In this document: positions 44,001 through 56,660 of the stretch, one piece after another | Layout of the letters: every line of letters starts with the position of its first letter | Numbering within the stretch: position 1 is the first letter of the stretch | Position numbers and translations under genes: made by a program | The notes under the pieces: model-generated | Told to the model about the DNA's origin: nothing | The model's input: the letters and a program-made list of their open reading frames with translations, nothing else | Database searches by the model: none | NCBI GenBank assembly: GCA_963849325.1 | Contig: CAWKHF010000012.1 | Coordinates: 672,001-736,000, forward strand | Direction of reading: 5' to 3' | DNA length: 64,000 bases | Origin: an uncultured Planctomycetota bacterium | GTDB lineage: Bacteria > Planctomycetota > Planctomycetia > Gemmatales > Gemmataceae

Positions 44001-47000
44001 CAAGCAAGCCCACGGCGCGAAGACGAGCGATTACGCCATCATCCTGAGCAATCTGGCGATCGTCGCGGACAACCGAGGTGCCTACGCCGAGGCGCAGTCT
44101 CTGCACGAAAGCGCCCTCGCCATTTACAAGGAGCTGGGACGAGAGAAGCATCCCGATTTCGCTACCGCCCTGAATAACCTGGCCTGCGTGTGCGACCACA
44201 AGGGCGACTACGCGCGAGCCGAAGGCCTGTACGCGCAGGCCTTGGCGATCCGCAAGGAAGTGCTGGGGGAGTCCCATCCGGATTACGCCCTCAACCTGAA
44301 TAACCTGGCGTCTCATTATCGCTCCCGCGGCGAGCTGAAGCGATCGGTGGCGCTGGCGCGAAAGCGCTGGAGGCGAGGCGGCGGGCCGTGGGAGAGAAGC
44401 ACCCCGACTATGCCCTCACCCTCAACAACCTGGCCATGAACCTGTATGAGGACATGGGCGAATATGCCGAGGCCGAACGACTCCTGGGACAAGCCCTGGC
44501 GATTCGCAAGGAAGTGCTGGGGGACAAGCATCCCGATTATGTCAATTCGCTGAGCAGCCTGGCCGGCTTCCATCAGACCAAAGGCGAGTACACCCGCGCC
44601 GAGACCTTGTACAAGGAAGTGGTGGCGACCCGCAAGGAGATCCTGGGCGAACGCGACCTGGAGTACGCCTCCGCTCTGAACCGTCTCGGCCAGCTCTATG
44701 TTCACATGGGAGATACTCTCCGCGCGGAGCCTCTTCTGCGGCAGGCGCTGGCGATTCGCAAGGACATCCTGGGCGAGCGGCACCGTTCCTACGCCCAGAG
44801 TCTCTACGAGCTGGGCAAGATGTACCTCGCCAAGGGAGATTACGTTCGCGCCGAGCCGTTCTGTCGCCAGGCGCTGGAGGTTGATCGGAAGACCCTCGGA
44901 GCGAAGCATCCCTCCGTGGCGAACAGCCTGTCCCTGCTCGCCACGCTTTACCAAGAGATGGGGGATTACGCCCGCGCCGAGGCCTTCGTGCTTCAGGCGC
45001 TGGCGATCGACCGGGAGGCGCTGGGGGAGCAACATCCCGCTTACGCGATCACCTTGACCAACGCGGCGATCCTGTACAGCGCCCGAGGCGATTACCAACA
45101 GGCCGAACGGATGACGCGGCAAGCGCTGGCGATCCGAGAACGGACCCTGCCCAGGAAGCACCCCTCGTATGCCAACAGTCTCAACAGCATGGGGGCCCTG
45201 TGTCGCCGCCGGGGCGATGACGCCGCGGCCACGGAATACTACCAGCGCGGTCTGGACGTGTGGCAGCAGGTGTTCGGGCAGGACAACGTGCATTGCGCGG
45301 TTGGTCTCCATAATCTGGCCGTGTCCTCTATCTACCAGCGCGATTGGCAGAAGGCGGAGTCGTATCTCCAACAATCCCTCCGGATTCGCAGAGCCGTGCG
45401 AGGCGAATTCGATCCGGCCGTTGCCGGCGACCTGTCGGACCTGGCCTTGCTCTCGTGGGTAAAGGGAGATTATCTCACGGCCGAGACGTTTTCTCGTCAG
45501 GCGGTCGAGGCCATCCGCCAGCACAACGATCGGCTCGCCGCTGTCCAGTCGGAGCGCCAGCAACTGGCTCGCGTTCATACCCTGCGCGATCTACTCGATC
45601 GCTACCTGTCCTTGACGGCGGAGGCGAACCTCGCCGGGGAGCAGGTCTATCCGCAGGTTCTGGCCTGGAAGGGGGCCGTCTCGGCTCGTCAGCGAGCCAT
45701 CCGCGCCCTGCAGCGCGCCACCCGAGGAGGCGACAAGCCGGAGGTCGCGCGGCTTTACCAGGATCTGGACCAAGCCACGCGGCGGCTGGCCGTCCTCTCG
45801 CAACTCGACGCCGCCGACCGCGACCACCGCCGCAAGGTCCAGGAACTCAGCGATGCGATTGAGCGACTGGAACGGAAGTTAGCCGAAATCAGCCAGGATT
45901 TTCGCCGACAGGTGGAGCAGCGACGGCGCACCGCCGACGATCTCCGTCGCGCTCTGCCAGCCGGCAGCGTGCTGGTCGATGTCTTGGTCTACGACCACGC
46001 CGTGCCGACCAAGGAAGGCCCGATGAAACTGATCACCGAAGTGCGCCTGGCCGCCTTCGTCGTCCGACCGGATCGGGATCGCATCGAGCGCGTCAATCTC
46101 GGACCGGCCCAGCCCGTCACGGAAGCGCTGAATCGTTGGCGGTTGGCCCTGCAACGACGCTTTCGCACCGAGGGAGACGCGCGCCTGTCCGCGGAAGTTC
46201 GCCGGCTGGTCTGGACGCCGCTGGAGAAGCACGTCGGAGACGCCAAACTCGTACTGATCTCCCCCGACGGAGCCTTGACTCGTTTCCCGTGGGCGGCCCT
46301 GCCCGGCGCGAAGGCGGACAGCTACCTGATCGAAGAGCGGGCCTTGGCGGTCATCGCAGTGCCTCAGCTGCTGCCCGACCTGCTCGCCGAGCGCGCCGGG
46401 CCGCCAGACGAGCCGTCGCTGCTTGTCGTCGGCGGCGTGAACTTCGACGCGGAGGCCGGCGCGGTCGGGGGCGACGCCCTGACGCGGTCGTCGCCGCGCG
46501 CGGCCGCGCGGGGGAGCCGTTCCAGTGGACGCGGTTGCCGGGAACGCTCCTGGAGATGCAGGCCGTGCGCGACACCTTCCGTTGCCGTTACCCGGCCGCC
46601 GGTTTGGTGGACCTCCGCGAGGACCGGCCAACCGAAGCGGCCGTGCGCCAGGCCATCGCCCGACATCGCTTCCTGCACTTCGCCACCCACGGCTACTTCG
46701 CCCCCAAGGAATTGCGCTCCGCCCTGGCCGAAACGTCGCGACGGCACGAACTGGAGACCGACGACCTGTCGGCGCGGCGAGACCTGGTTGGCTTCCATCC
46801 GGGCTTGCTGTCGGGCCTGGTGCTGGCCGGCGCCAATCGGCCGGTGCATCCCGAGAGAGACGACGGCATCTTGACCGCGTTGGAAGTGGAAGCGTTGGAC
46901 CTGACCGGCGTGGAGTTGGCGGTGCTGTCGGCGTGCGAGACAGGGTTGGGCGAGGAAAGAGCGGGTGGCGAAGGTCTGTTGGGACTGCAACGTTCCTTCC

Positions 47001-47296
47001 AGGTGGCGGGGGCGCGCGGCGTGGTGGCGAGCCTGTGGCAAGTGGACGACGCGGCCACGCGGAAGCTCATGACCGAGTTCTATCAGAACCTGTGGCAAAA
47101 GAAGCTGCCCAAGCTGGAGGCGCTGCGTCAGGCTCAGCTGTGGATGTTGAAAGAGGGTGAGGGCTGGATGCGTAAGGAAGGCATTCCCCGCGGCCTGATC
47201 GACGTGAAGGTGCCGCGCGAGCGGCTGGCGAAAGACGATGGTCGTCTGCCGCCGTACTACTGGGCCGCCTTCGCCCTATCCGGGGACTGGCGTTAA
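41092..47296 (+). CDS. Large secreted TPR-repeat CHAT-domain protease (~2060 aa; frameshifts near 44360 and 46510)
   Basis: Signal peptide; many 42-aa GEKHPDYA.SLNNLA repeats; LISPDGAL, LHFATHG, LAVLSACETGLG, VVASLWQVDD, PYYWAAF. Confidence 0.93.
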
Positions 47297-47385
47297 GAGG
47301 CTCTAACAAAATGTGGCAACACGTTTTCAACGTGTTGGATTGTACGGCACGTTACAAACGTGCCGCCACATTCGGTTCGTGCCTC
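47297..47385 (+). mobile_element. 89-bp MITE copy 3, inserted at the CHAT gene TAA stop
   Basis: taa-GAGGCTCTAAC...GTTCGTGCCTC-taa; one difference from copy 1. Confidence 0.85.
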
Positions 47386-47437
47386 TAAATATTCTATCCC
47401 AAGCGACTGCACCTGTCCTTACGACGACGCCTCGTGT

Positions 47438-47479
47438 TCGGAGCGCGAGCGACGGATCGGCCCGTCGCTCGCGCTCCGA
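47438..47479. repeat. REP-like palindrome
   Basis: tcggagcgcgagcgacgg-atcggc-ccgtcgctcgcgctccga. Confidence 0.75.
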
Positions 47480-47584
47480 GTTGGTTGTTTATGCGCGCAC
47501 CCGTTACATTGAAACACTATGTCCGCCCCGAGAGAAGCCGTCGAGTTCCTTTGATCCGACTCTCAGAGACAAACCAAACGGAGA

Positions 47585-49048
47585 GTGGAACCCGTGAAAT
47601 CAAGAGGTTGGAGCTTCCTCAGTCTTGTCCTGGTCACTTCCTTCGGTAGCCGCGCGTGGGCCGAGCCTTCCGCGGCACTGGAAGGGCGACGACCCAACAT
47701 GATCTTTGTTCTGACGGATGACCAGGGCTACGGCGACCTGTCGTGCCACGGCAACCCGATCCTCAAGACCCCGAACCTCGACCGGCTGCACGACGAGGGC
47801 GTCCGCTTCACGGACTTCCACGTCAGCCCAACCTGCTCACCGACGCGCTCGGCCTTATTGACCGGCCGGCATGAGTTCAAGAACGGCGTCACGCACACGA
47901 TCCTTGAGCGAGAGCGCTTGACGCGGAAGGCGACAACCGTTGCCCAGGTGCTGAAGTCGGCCGGCTACACGACCGGCATCTTCGGGAAATGGCACCTCGG
48001 CGACGAGTCCGACCACTGGCCGGACAAGCGCGGTTTCGAGGAGATGTTCATCCACGGCTGCGGGGGCATCGGCCAGAGCTACCCCGGCAGCTGTGGCGAC
48101 GCCCCCGGCAACACCTACTTCGACCCGACCATCCTGCACAATGGCAAGTTCGAGAAGACCAAGGGCTATTGCACCGACGTCTTCTTCGGCCAGGCACTGC
48201 GCTGGATCGAGTCGGTGAAGGGCAGGAAGCCGTTCTTCTGCTATCTGCCCACGAACGCCCCCCATGCCCCACTGCAGGTACGCCCCGAGGACGAGAAACG
48301 CTACGCCGACAAGGTGAAGGACCCGAACACGGCGAAGTTCTTCGGCATGATCGCCAACATCGATGACAACGTCGGACGACTCCTGGATAAGCTCAAAGAA
48401 TGGGGTCTTGAGCGCGACACACTGGTCATCTTCATGAACGACAACGGTGGTACGGCCGGGGTGCGCGTCTTCAACGCCGGTATGCGCGGCGCCAAGGTCA
48501 CGCCCTGGCTGGGAGGCACGCGGGCGGCGTCGTTCTGGCGCTGGCCGGGAACGCTGAAGCCCGGCGACGTGGATCGCCTGGCCGCCCACATCGACTTCTT
48601 CCCCACCGTGGCCGAGATCGCCGGGGCGAAGCGAAGCGACAAGGTGAGAGCGCAGGTGGAAGGCCGGAGCCTGGTGCCCCTGTTGCGCGAGCCGAAAGCG
48701 GAGTGGCCCGACCGAATTCTGTTCACACACGTCGGCCGCTGGCCGAAAGGAGCGAAACCGGCGGACCACAAATACGCTCATTGCAGTGTGCGCAGCCCGC
48801 GCTGGCACCTGGTCTGCGACACCAGGGACGGCACGAAGAAGTGGCAGTTGTTCGACGTGAAGGCCGACCCCGGCGAGAAGACCGACGTGGCGGCCAGGCA
48901 TCCCGAGGTGGTGAAGGAGCTGGACGCGTCTTACGACAAGTGGTGGGACTCGGTGCAACCGGGTATGGTGAACGAGGACGCTACTGGGCCGAAGGTCAAC
49001 CCGTTCAAGGAACTGTACGAGAAGCAGTTCGGCGGCAAGTCGAAATAG
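47585..49048 (+). CDS. Secreted Cys-type arylsulfatase
   Basis: PNMIFVLTDDQGYGD, CSPTRSALLTGR, GKWHLG. Confidence 0.95.
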   Translation: MEPVKSRGWSFLSLVLVTSFGSRAWAEPSAALEGRRPNMIFVLTDDQGYGDLSCHGNPILKTPNLDRLHDEGVRFTDFHVSPTCSPTRSALLTGRHEFKNGVTHTILERERLTRKATTVAQVLKSAGYTTGIFGKWHLGDESDHWPDKRGFEEMFIHGCGGIGQSYPGSCGDAPGNTYFDPTILHNGKFEKTKGYCTDVFFGQALRWIESVKGRKPFFCYLPTNAPHAPLQVRPEDEKRYADKVKDPNTAKFFGMIANIDDNVGRLLDKLKEWGLERDTLVIFMNDNGGTAGVRVFNAGMRGAKVTPWLGGTRAASFWRWPGTLKPGDVDRLAAHIDFFPTVAEIAGAKRSDKVRAQVEGRSLVPLLREPKAEWPDRILFTHVGRWPKGAKPADHKYAHCSVRSPRWHLVCDTRDGTKKWQLFDVKADPGEKTDVAARHPEVVKELDASYDKWWDSVQPGMVNEDATGPKVNPFKELYEKQFGGKSK

Positions 49049-49134
49049 ATGACGAGAGGACCGTGCAACGCGCGCTGTATACGATCTGCTGCTGGAGTCA
49101 AAGTCCAACCCCCAACCCGTGAGGGATCGGAATC

Positions 49135-50586
49135 ATGTCCTGTTCGCGGCCCTGGAGAGAGGGCATCCTCATGCTCGCCGCCGTGCTCGTGGCTCCGCCA
49201 GCCACGTTGCGGGCCGAGGATGGTCCGGCCAAACCGAACGTGCTGTTCCTGTTTGCCGACGATCAGCGCGCCGACACCATCGCGGCACTCGGCAATTCGG
49301 AGATCAAGACGCCTTACCTCGACCGTCTTGTGAAAAAGGGAGTCGCGTTCGACCGCGCCTACATGCAGGGGGGATTGCAAGGGGCGACGTGCGTACCCTC
49401 GCGGGCCATGCTGCTCTCGGGCCGGTCGTTGTTCCATATCGACGAGAAACTGAAACGCCATCCCACCTGGCCGAGTGCCTTCGGGAAGTCCGGTTACACG
49501 ACCTTCCTGAGCGGCAAGTGGCACAACGGACCCGATTCGCTCCCGGCCAGTTTTCAGATTGCCCGATCTGTCTTCGCCGGCGGCATGACGAACCCAATGC
49601 AGGCGAAGCTCAGCGACATGGTTGATGGCAAGCTCGGCAAGCCCCAACTCGCTCGCCGTCATGCCTGTGCGGTCTTCGCCGACGAAGCCATCCGCTTTCT
49701 CCAAGAACACAAGCGTGGACCGTTCTTCTGTTACGTCCCCTTCGACGCGCCGCACGATCCGCACATTGTTCCGGACGATTTCCCGATCCGATACGATGCC
49801 GCCAGGATCTCCCTCCCGCCAAACTTCCTGTCCCAACACCCCTGGGACAACGGCGAGATGACGGTTCGCGACGAGCAACTCCTCCCTTGGCCGCGAACTC
49901 CCAAGAAAATCCGGGAGATGAACGCCGAGTATTATCGCTACATTTCGTATCTCGACGCCCAGATCGGTCGGATACTGAACGCCCTGGACGACTCGCCTCA
50001 CGCGAAGAACACCCTTGTCGTCTTCTCTGCCGACTCGGGAGTCGCGCGCGGCAGCCACGGGCTGATCGGCAAGCAGAATGTCTACGAACACTCGGTACGG
50101 GTGCCGTTGCTCATCAGCGGACCCGGCATCCCGGCAGGCAAACGCAGCGATGCCATGGTCTACCTCTTCGACGTCCTGCCAACCCTCGGCAAGCTGTGCG
50201 GTGTGCCTGCCCCGAACACCAGCGAAGGGATCGAGTTCACGACCTCCTTGAGCGACCCGACGAGGCCAGCGCGACCGCAGTTGATGTTCGCCTACCGCAA
50301 CGTCCAGCGGGCGGTTCGCGACGATCGCTGGAAGATCATCCGTTATCCGCAGGTCGATAAGACGCAACTGTTCGATCTCCGGGCCGATCCCCACGAAACC
50401 ACCAACCTTGCCGACAAGCCCGAGCATGCAGCCAGGGTGCACACCCTGACGGTGTTGTTGGCGAACGAACTGAAGCAGTACGGCGACACCGCCCCCCTTA
50501 CCGTACCCAAGCCAAAGTCCGGCAAGTGGACGCCGCCCAAAAAGGACCGAACGCCCCGTGGCAGCCAGAGGAAGGAACAGCCATGA
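49135..50586 (+). CDS. Secreted Cys-type sulfatase
   Basis: PNVLFLFADDQR, CVPSRAMLLSGR, GKWHN, PHDPH. Confidence 0.95.
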   Translation: MSCSRPWREGILMLAAVLVAPPATLRAEDGPAKPNVLFLFADDQRADTIAALGNSEIKTPYLDRLVKKGVAFDRAYMQGGLQGATCVPSRAMLLSGRSLFHIDEKLKRHPTWPSAFGKSGYTTFLSGKWHNGPDSLPASFQIARSVFAGGMTNPMQAKLSDMVDGKLGKPQLARRHACAVFADEAIRFLQEHKRGPFFCYVPFDAPHDPHIVPDDFPIRYDAARISLPPNFLSQHPWDNGEMTVRDEQLLPWPRTPKKIREMNAEYYRYISYLDAQIGRILNALDDSPHAKNTLVVFSADSGVARGSHGLIGKQNVYEHSVRVPLLISGPGIPAGKRSDAMVYLFDVLPTLGKLCGVPAPNTSEGIEFTTSLSDPTRPARPQLMFAYRNVQRAVRDDRWKIIRYPQVDKTQLFDLRADPHETTNLADKPEHAARVHTLTVLLANELKQYGDTAPLTVPKPKSGKWTPPKKDRTPRGSQRKEQP

Positions 50587-50760
50587 AACAATCGTGCATT
50601 TCAAGGCCGGCCTTCCGGAAAAGAGCCGATGTCCCAGCCCTTGGCGTGGCAGAGCCCTCCCCCGTCACAACCGCTTTGCTGTCGCAGGGAACGGGGGACG
50701 ACAGGAGGGATTCCCGGACCGTCGCGGATGATTCTCCCGCATGGGCACGGTCAATGATTC

Positions 50761-53700
50761 TTACTCTTGCTGTAACTCGCGTAGGTTCGCCTCGATAGTC
50801 TGGATCTGCGTTTGCAAATCGGCCACGAGGTCGCGCTGCTGCTGCACGATCTCCTTCGGGGCGCGATCGACGAAGTTGGCGTTGCCGAGCTTGGCTCGCG
50901 CCGCCTGCACGTGCTTGAGCTTGTCCGCGAGCTGCTTCTGCAAGGCGGGCAATCTCCGCGGCCACGTCGATCAAGCCCGCCAGCGACACGTACAGCCTCG
51001 AACTCCGGCGTCACGTGCGTCGCCGCCTGGCGCGGCTTGGCCGTCTCGGGTCCGCACTCCAGCCGGCCGACACCGGCCAGGGCGGCAAGGAACGGCGCCA
51101 GCGTGCGGAAGTCCTCGGCCACCGCCTCGGAGCAACGCACGAACACATCAAGGCTCGTTTTCAGGTCCACATTGTAGCGATTGCGCACTTCACGCACGGC
51201 TCGGACCAACTCCTGCATGCGGCCGATGCGCGTCTCCATCGCCGAGTCCCGCCACGAGGCGGGAAGGCTCGGCCACGGAGCGATGACCACGCTCTCGGCG
51301 GCCGGCTCCGGCGCCGGCAGACCGCGCTCGAAGGCCGACTCGTTCAGCGCCTGCCAGACCGACTCGGCCACGAACGGCATGACCGGCTGCACCAGTCGCA
51401 GGATGCCGTCGAGCACGCCAACCAGTACGCGCTGCACCAGCGGCCGCGATGCTGCGTCTTGCAGGCGGCCCTTGCTCATCTCCACGTACCAGTCGCAGAA
51501 CTCCGACCAGGTGAAGTCGTAAATCGTCCGCGCCACCTCGCTGAAACGGTAGTTCTCCAGGTGCGCCGTCACCGCCGCCGTCGTCGTCGCCAGGCGGCTC
51601 AAAATCCAGCGGTCCTCGATGGGCAGTTCGTCGTGGCGGATCGCTCCCGGTTGGTAGCCCTCCAGGTTGAGAAACAGAAATCGAGCGGCGTTCCACAGCT
51701 TGTTGGCGAAGTTGCGGCCCATGTCGAAGCGCTCCGACGCCTGCCTGGCCGTGGGCAATTCCGGGTCGGGCGCCGGCCACGGGCCGCCGGGACGAAACGG
51801 CTTCTTGCACTCCGGGCACGTCACCTTGCGCGTCCGCATGTACATATGCTCCTGCTTGATGGGCACGAGCGTATCGCAGTGCGGGCACACATTGGCCACC
51901 GGCATCTTGCTGTCCTGCGTCTCCGTCGCCTGATGCACCATCAGAAAGCGAAGTGCGTCGGTACCGTAGCGCTCGATGATGTCGAGCGGGTCGATGCCGT
52001 TGCCCTTGCTTTTGCTCATCGTCTCGCCGAAGCCGTCGAGGATCTTCGGATGGATGTAGACGTGGCGGAACGGCACCTCGTCCAGGTTGTAGAGTCCGGT
52101 CATCACCATGCGCGCCACCCAGAGCGTGATGATGTCGCGGCTGGTCACCAGCACGCTCGTCGGATACCAGTAGGCCAATTCCGGCGTGCGCTCCGGCCAA
52201 CCGAGCGTCGAGTGCGGCCACAGCGCCGAGCTGAACCAGGTGTCGAGTACGTCCGGGATCCTGTTCCAGGGGATATTTCGGACCCAGCATATCGCTCGGA
52301 AGGTCTTCGAGGGAGCAGATGAGCCAGCGAGCGTTGGCCTCATCGAGCCGCCACGTCACGTCGTCGCGGCCGGCGAAGAGGCGTTTCAACTCGCTCTCGG
52401 GGCAGCTGGCGTACCAGATGGGAATGCGATGGCCCCACCACAGCTGCCGGCTGATGCACCAGTCGCGCTTCTCGCCGAGCCAGTCGAGATAGGTCTTGGC
52501 ATAGCGCTCGGGGGTGAACTGGACCCGGCCGTCCTTCACGGCATCGATGGCGCGCTGGGCCAGGCCCGCCTGTCCGTCGGCGTCGCCCATGCGCACGAAC
52601 CATTGATCCGACAGGTACGGCTCGATCGGCGTCTTGCTGCGGTCGCTGAGCGGGATGGTGTTCTCGATGTCCTCCTCGCGGTCGAACAGGCCGAGTTCCT
52701 GCAGGTCCGTCGACCACCCGGCGGCGAGCCTCGGTGCGATCGAGTCCGGCGTAGGAGAAGGCCCGGCCGCGGAATTCTCCCCTGCCGTTGTCGTTGATGG
52801 AGCCGTCGGGGTGGAGAATGTTGATCGGCGGGCCGGTGTCCTTGTGTCGTTCCCAGACGGCGTAGTCGTTGTAGTCGTGGGCCGGCGTGATCTTCACGGC
52901 GCCGGTGCCTTTCTCGGGGTCGGCGTAGCGGTCGGCGATCAGCGGCAACTTGCGGCCCAGCAACGGCAGTTCCAGGATGGTGCCGGCGCGGGCCATCTCC
53001 GCCAATTTCTCCAGATGCGGCAGCATCTCCTCGCGCCGGCGGCGCAGCCGATCGAGGCGTTCCTGGATGTCGCGGGCGTCCTTGTCGCCGGCCTTGGCCA
53101 GAGCGGTTTCCAGGTCGCGCTCGCGCCTGTCCAACTCTCGCGCCGGCTCGGGATGGACCGCCACGGCCGTATCGCCCAGCATCGTCTCCGGCCGTGTCGT
53201 GCCGATCAGCACGTGATCGAGGGAGCCGGATGCAGCCGACAAAACTGGATAGCGAAAGTAGTAGAATTTGCCCTTCTGCTTGACGTTCTCCACCTCGTCG
53301 TCGGCCACCGACGTTTGCAGCTGAGCGTCCCAGTTCACCAGGCGTTTGCCGCGAAAAATGAGGCCGTCCTTGAACATATTGAAAGAAGGTGGTGCGCACG
53401 GCGCGGCGCAGACCGGGTCCAGCGTGAAGCGCGTCCGCTGCCAATCGCAGCTGCATCCCAACTCGCCGAGCTGGCCGAGGATGCGTTTCTCGTACTGGTC
53501 CTTCCACTGCCAGATGCGTTGGACCAACTCCTCGCGGCCGAGGTCGTGGCGTGTCTTTTTTTCCTCGTCGCGCAGACGGCGTTCCACCACGGCTTGCGTG
53601 GCGATGCCGGCGTGATCGGTGCCGGGCATCCACAGGACGTCGTAGCCCTGCATGCGCCGCCAACGGATGAGCACGTCTTGCAGCGTGTTGTTGAGGGCGT

Positions 53701-53865
53701 GGCCCAGGTGCAGGCGCCGGTGACGTTGGGCGGCGGAATGACGATGCAGAACGGCTTGCGGTTGGGGTCGGGCCGGGCATGGAAGAAGCCGCGTTCGTTC
53801 CAGAAGCGCAGCCAGCGCTCCTGGGCGTCGCGGGGATCGTAGTGCTTGGGGAGTTCCATCGACAT
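50761..53865 (-). CDS. valS: Valyl-tRNA synthetase (several frameshifts)
   Basis: IPPPNVTG, PGTDHAGIATQ, TTRPETMLGDTA, GTGAVKITPAHD, DWCISRQLWWGHRIP, DVLDTWFSS, TMSKSKGN, NKLWNA. Confidence 0.96.
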
Positions 53866-53903
53866 GAGACAGGCATCCTTTGCGGAGAAAAACCGCGGCC
53901 GTA

Positions 53904-54716
53904 TCAGGACGGTCCGCGCAGGCGGTTCAACTCGGCTTCGAGCTGGCGGATTCGCTCTTCGGCGGCGTCCGCTCGCGCTCGTTCGGCGTCGGCACGCGCC
54001 TCGGCCTGTTGCGCTTCTTGCATCACCTCCAGATAATCGCGCAGATACCGGCCCTCGGCATCGCGGCATACCAGGCGGCCATCCTCGAATCGCAACCACA
54101 GGCCAATCGGCTTCAACGCCAACCAGCCTTCTGCATCCGGCTCGACCAACACATAACCTTGTTCCCCCGGACGATAGGCGAAGAGACGGGGCTGCGTCGC
54201 CTTCTGGAACTGGCGATCCACGATAGCGTAGTACGGTATCCCCGCCTGGTAATACTCGCTCACTTTCTCTTCGAGGTCTCCCTCGCGCGTCGTGGGCGAT
54301 GTCACTTCGATCACCAGCAGCGTGCGGGCGCCGAACTCGGTCAGGCGAAATGTCCCACGTTGTCCGTCCCAGTCCTCCGGAAAGCCCTCGACCACCGCGA
54401 AATCCGGCCCATGAGGCTCAATCCCCTCCACACCCCAATCCATGCGATGATCGTAAAAGACGTGGACTCCGGGGCGGTTAGCCAGATGGGCGTCCAGGAT
54501 GGTCTTCAGGAAGTGACAATCGCGCGTATGATCGTCATTTTGCACGATGAAGTCGTCCTCCTGCGGATGCAGCACATCCTCTTTTGTGAGCGGCACCTGA
54601 ATCACCTTAATCTGGCCGTCCGGGCCGGTCTGCTCCACGTATCGCCAACCGTAGTACCACGGATCCTCCTGCGGGGTAGGCTCCGGTTTCGACTTCGTCT
54701 CCACACGGGTACTCAT
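53904..54716 (-). CDS. Uma2/DUF820 family endonuclease
   Basis: GPDFAV, LVIEVTSPTT...D..K...Y...GIPYYAIVD; coiled-coil tail. Confidence 0.9.
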   Translation of the reverse strand: MSTRVETKSKPEPTPQEDPWYYGWRYVEQTGPDGQIKVIQVPLTKEDVLHPQEDDFIVQNDDHTRDCHFLKTILDAHLANRPGVHVFYDHRMDWGVEGIEPHGPDFAVVEGFPEDWDGQRGTFRLTEFGARTLLVIEVTSPTTREGDLEEKVSEYYQAGIPYYAIVDRQFQKATQPRLFAYRPGEQGYVLVEPDAEGWLALKPIGLWLRFEDGRLVCRDAEGRYLRDYLEVMQEAQQAEARADAERARADAAEERIRQLEAELNRLRGPS

Positions 54717-54752
54717 GTTCTCGCCTCCGATCTCCCGCCAAGCCGCGAGCGG

Positions 54753-56326
<1,574 letters not shown>

Positions 56327-56341
56327 GAATGATCCTGCAAC

Positions 56342-56371
56342 AAAAAAGCCCTGAAGCGCTCGCTCCAGGGC
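56342..56371 (-). terminator. Attenuator terminator upstream of cimA
   Basis: Minus strand gccctggagcg-ag-cgcttcagggc followed by tttttt, 15 nt before the ATG. Confidence 0.8.
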
Positions 56372-56411
56372 CGGGACAAAGGAGTCCTTCAAGTGAGGAA
56401 CGATCCCGGCG

Positions 56412-56507
56412 TTAGTCTCCCGTAACGGCGATAGCGATGACGGCGCGGCGCACTCCCTGCGCCGTGCGAATGTCGATCGGCCGTACTTTCCCAGAGACGA
56501 ACAACAC
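56412..56507 (-). CDS. Putative Ile/Val leader peptide (31 aa) MLFVSGKVRPIDIRTAQGVRRAVIAIAVTGD
   Basis: GGGGAG RBS 7 nt before GTG; VIAIAVT cluster just before TAA; antiterminator and terminator follow. Confidence 0.65.
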   Translation of the reverse strand: MLFVSGKVRPIDIRTAQGVRRAVIAIAVTGD

Positions 56508-56660
56508 GCCGGAACTCCCCCGTGTTTATGTCCTCGGAATCAGTCGTTATTAAAGCAAATGCGGGCAGCGCTGTCCAATGAGTTCCCGCGCTCCGCTGCG
56601 CGTCGCGGCGAAACGGGGAACTTATTTTTCGACAGCCCAGAAGGGGAACGTACTCTTAAC

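Noticed and set aside
39237-47385. 89-bp repeats as CRISPR repeats or as real N-termini of the lasso B and C proteins
   Set aside because: They are too long, dispersed and in mixed orientation. The ORF-track extensions (MKTCCHIL..., CGNTFSTCW...) are MITE translations; the RBS-supported starts are 39219 and 40111.
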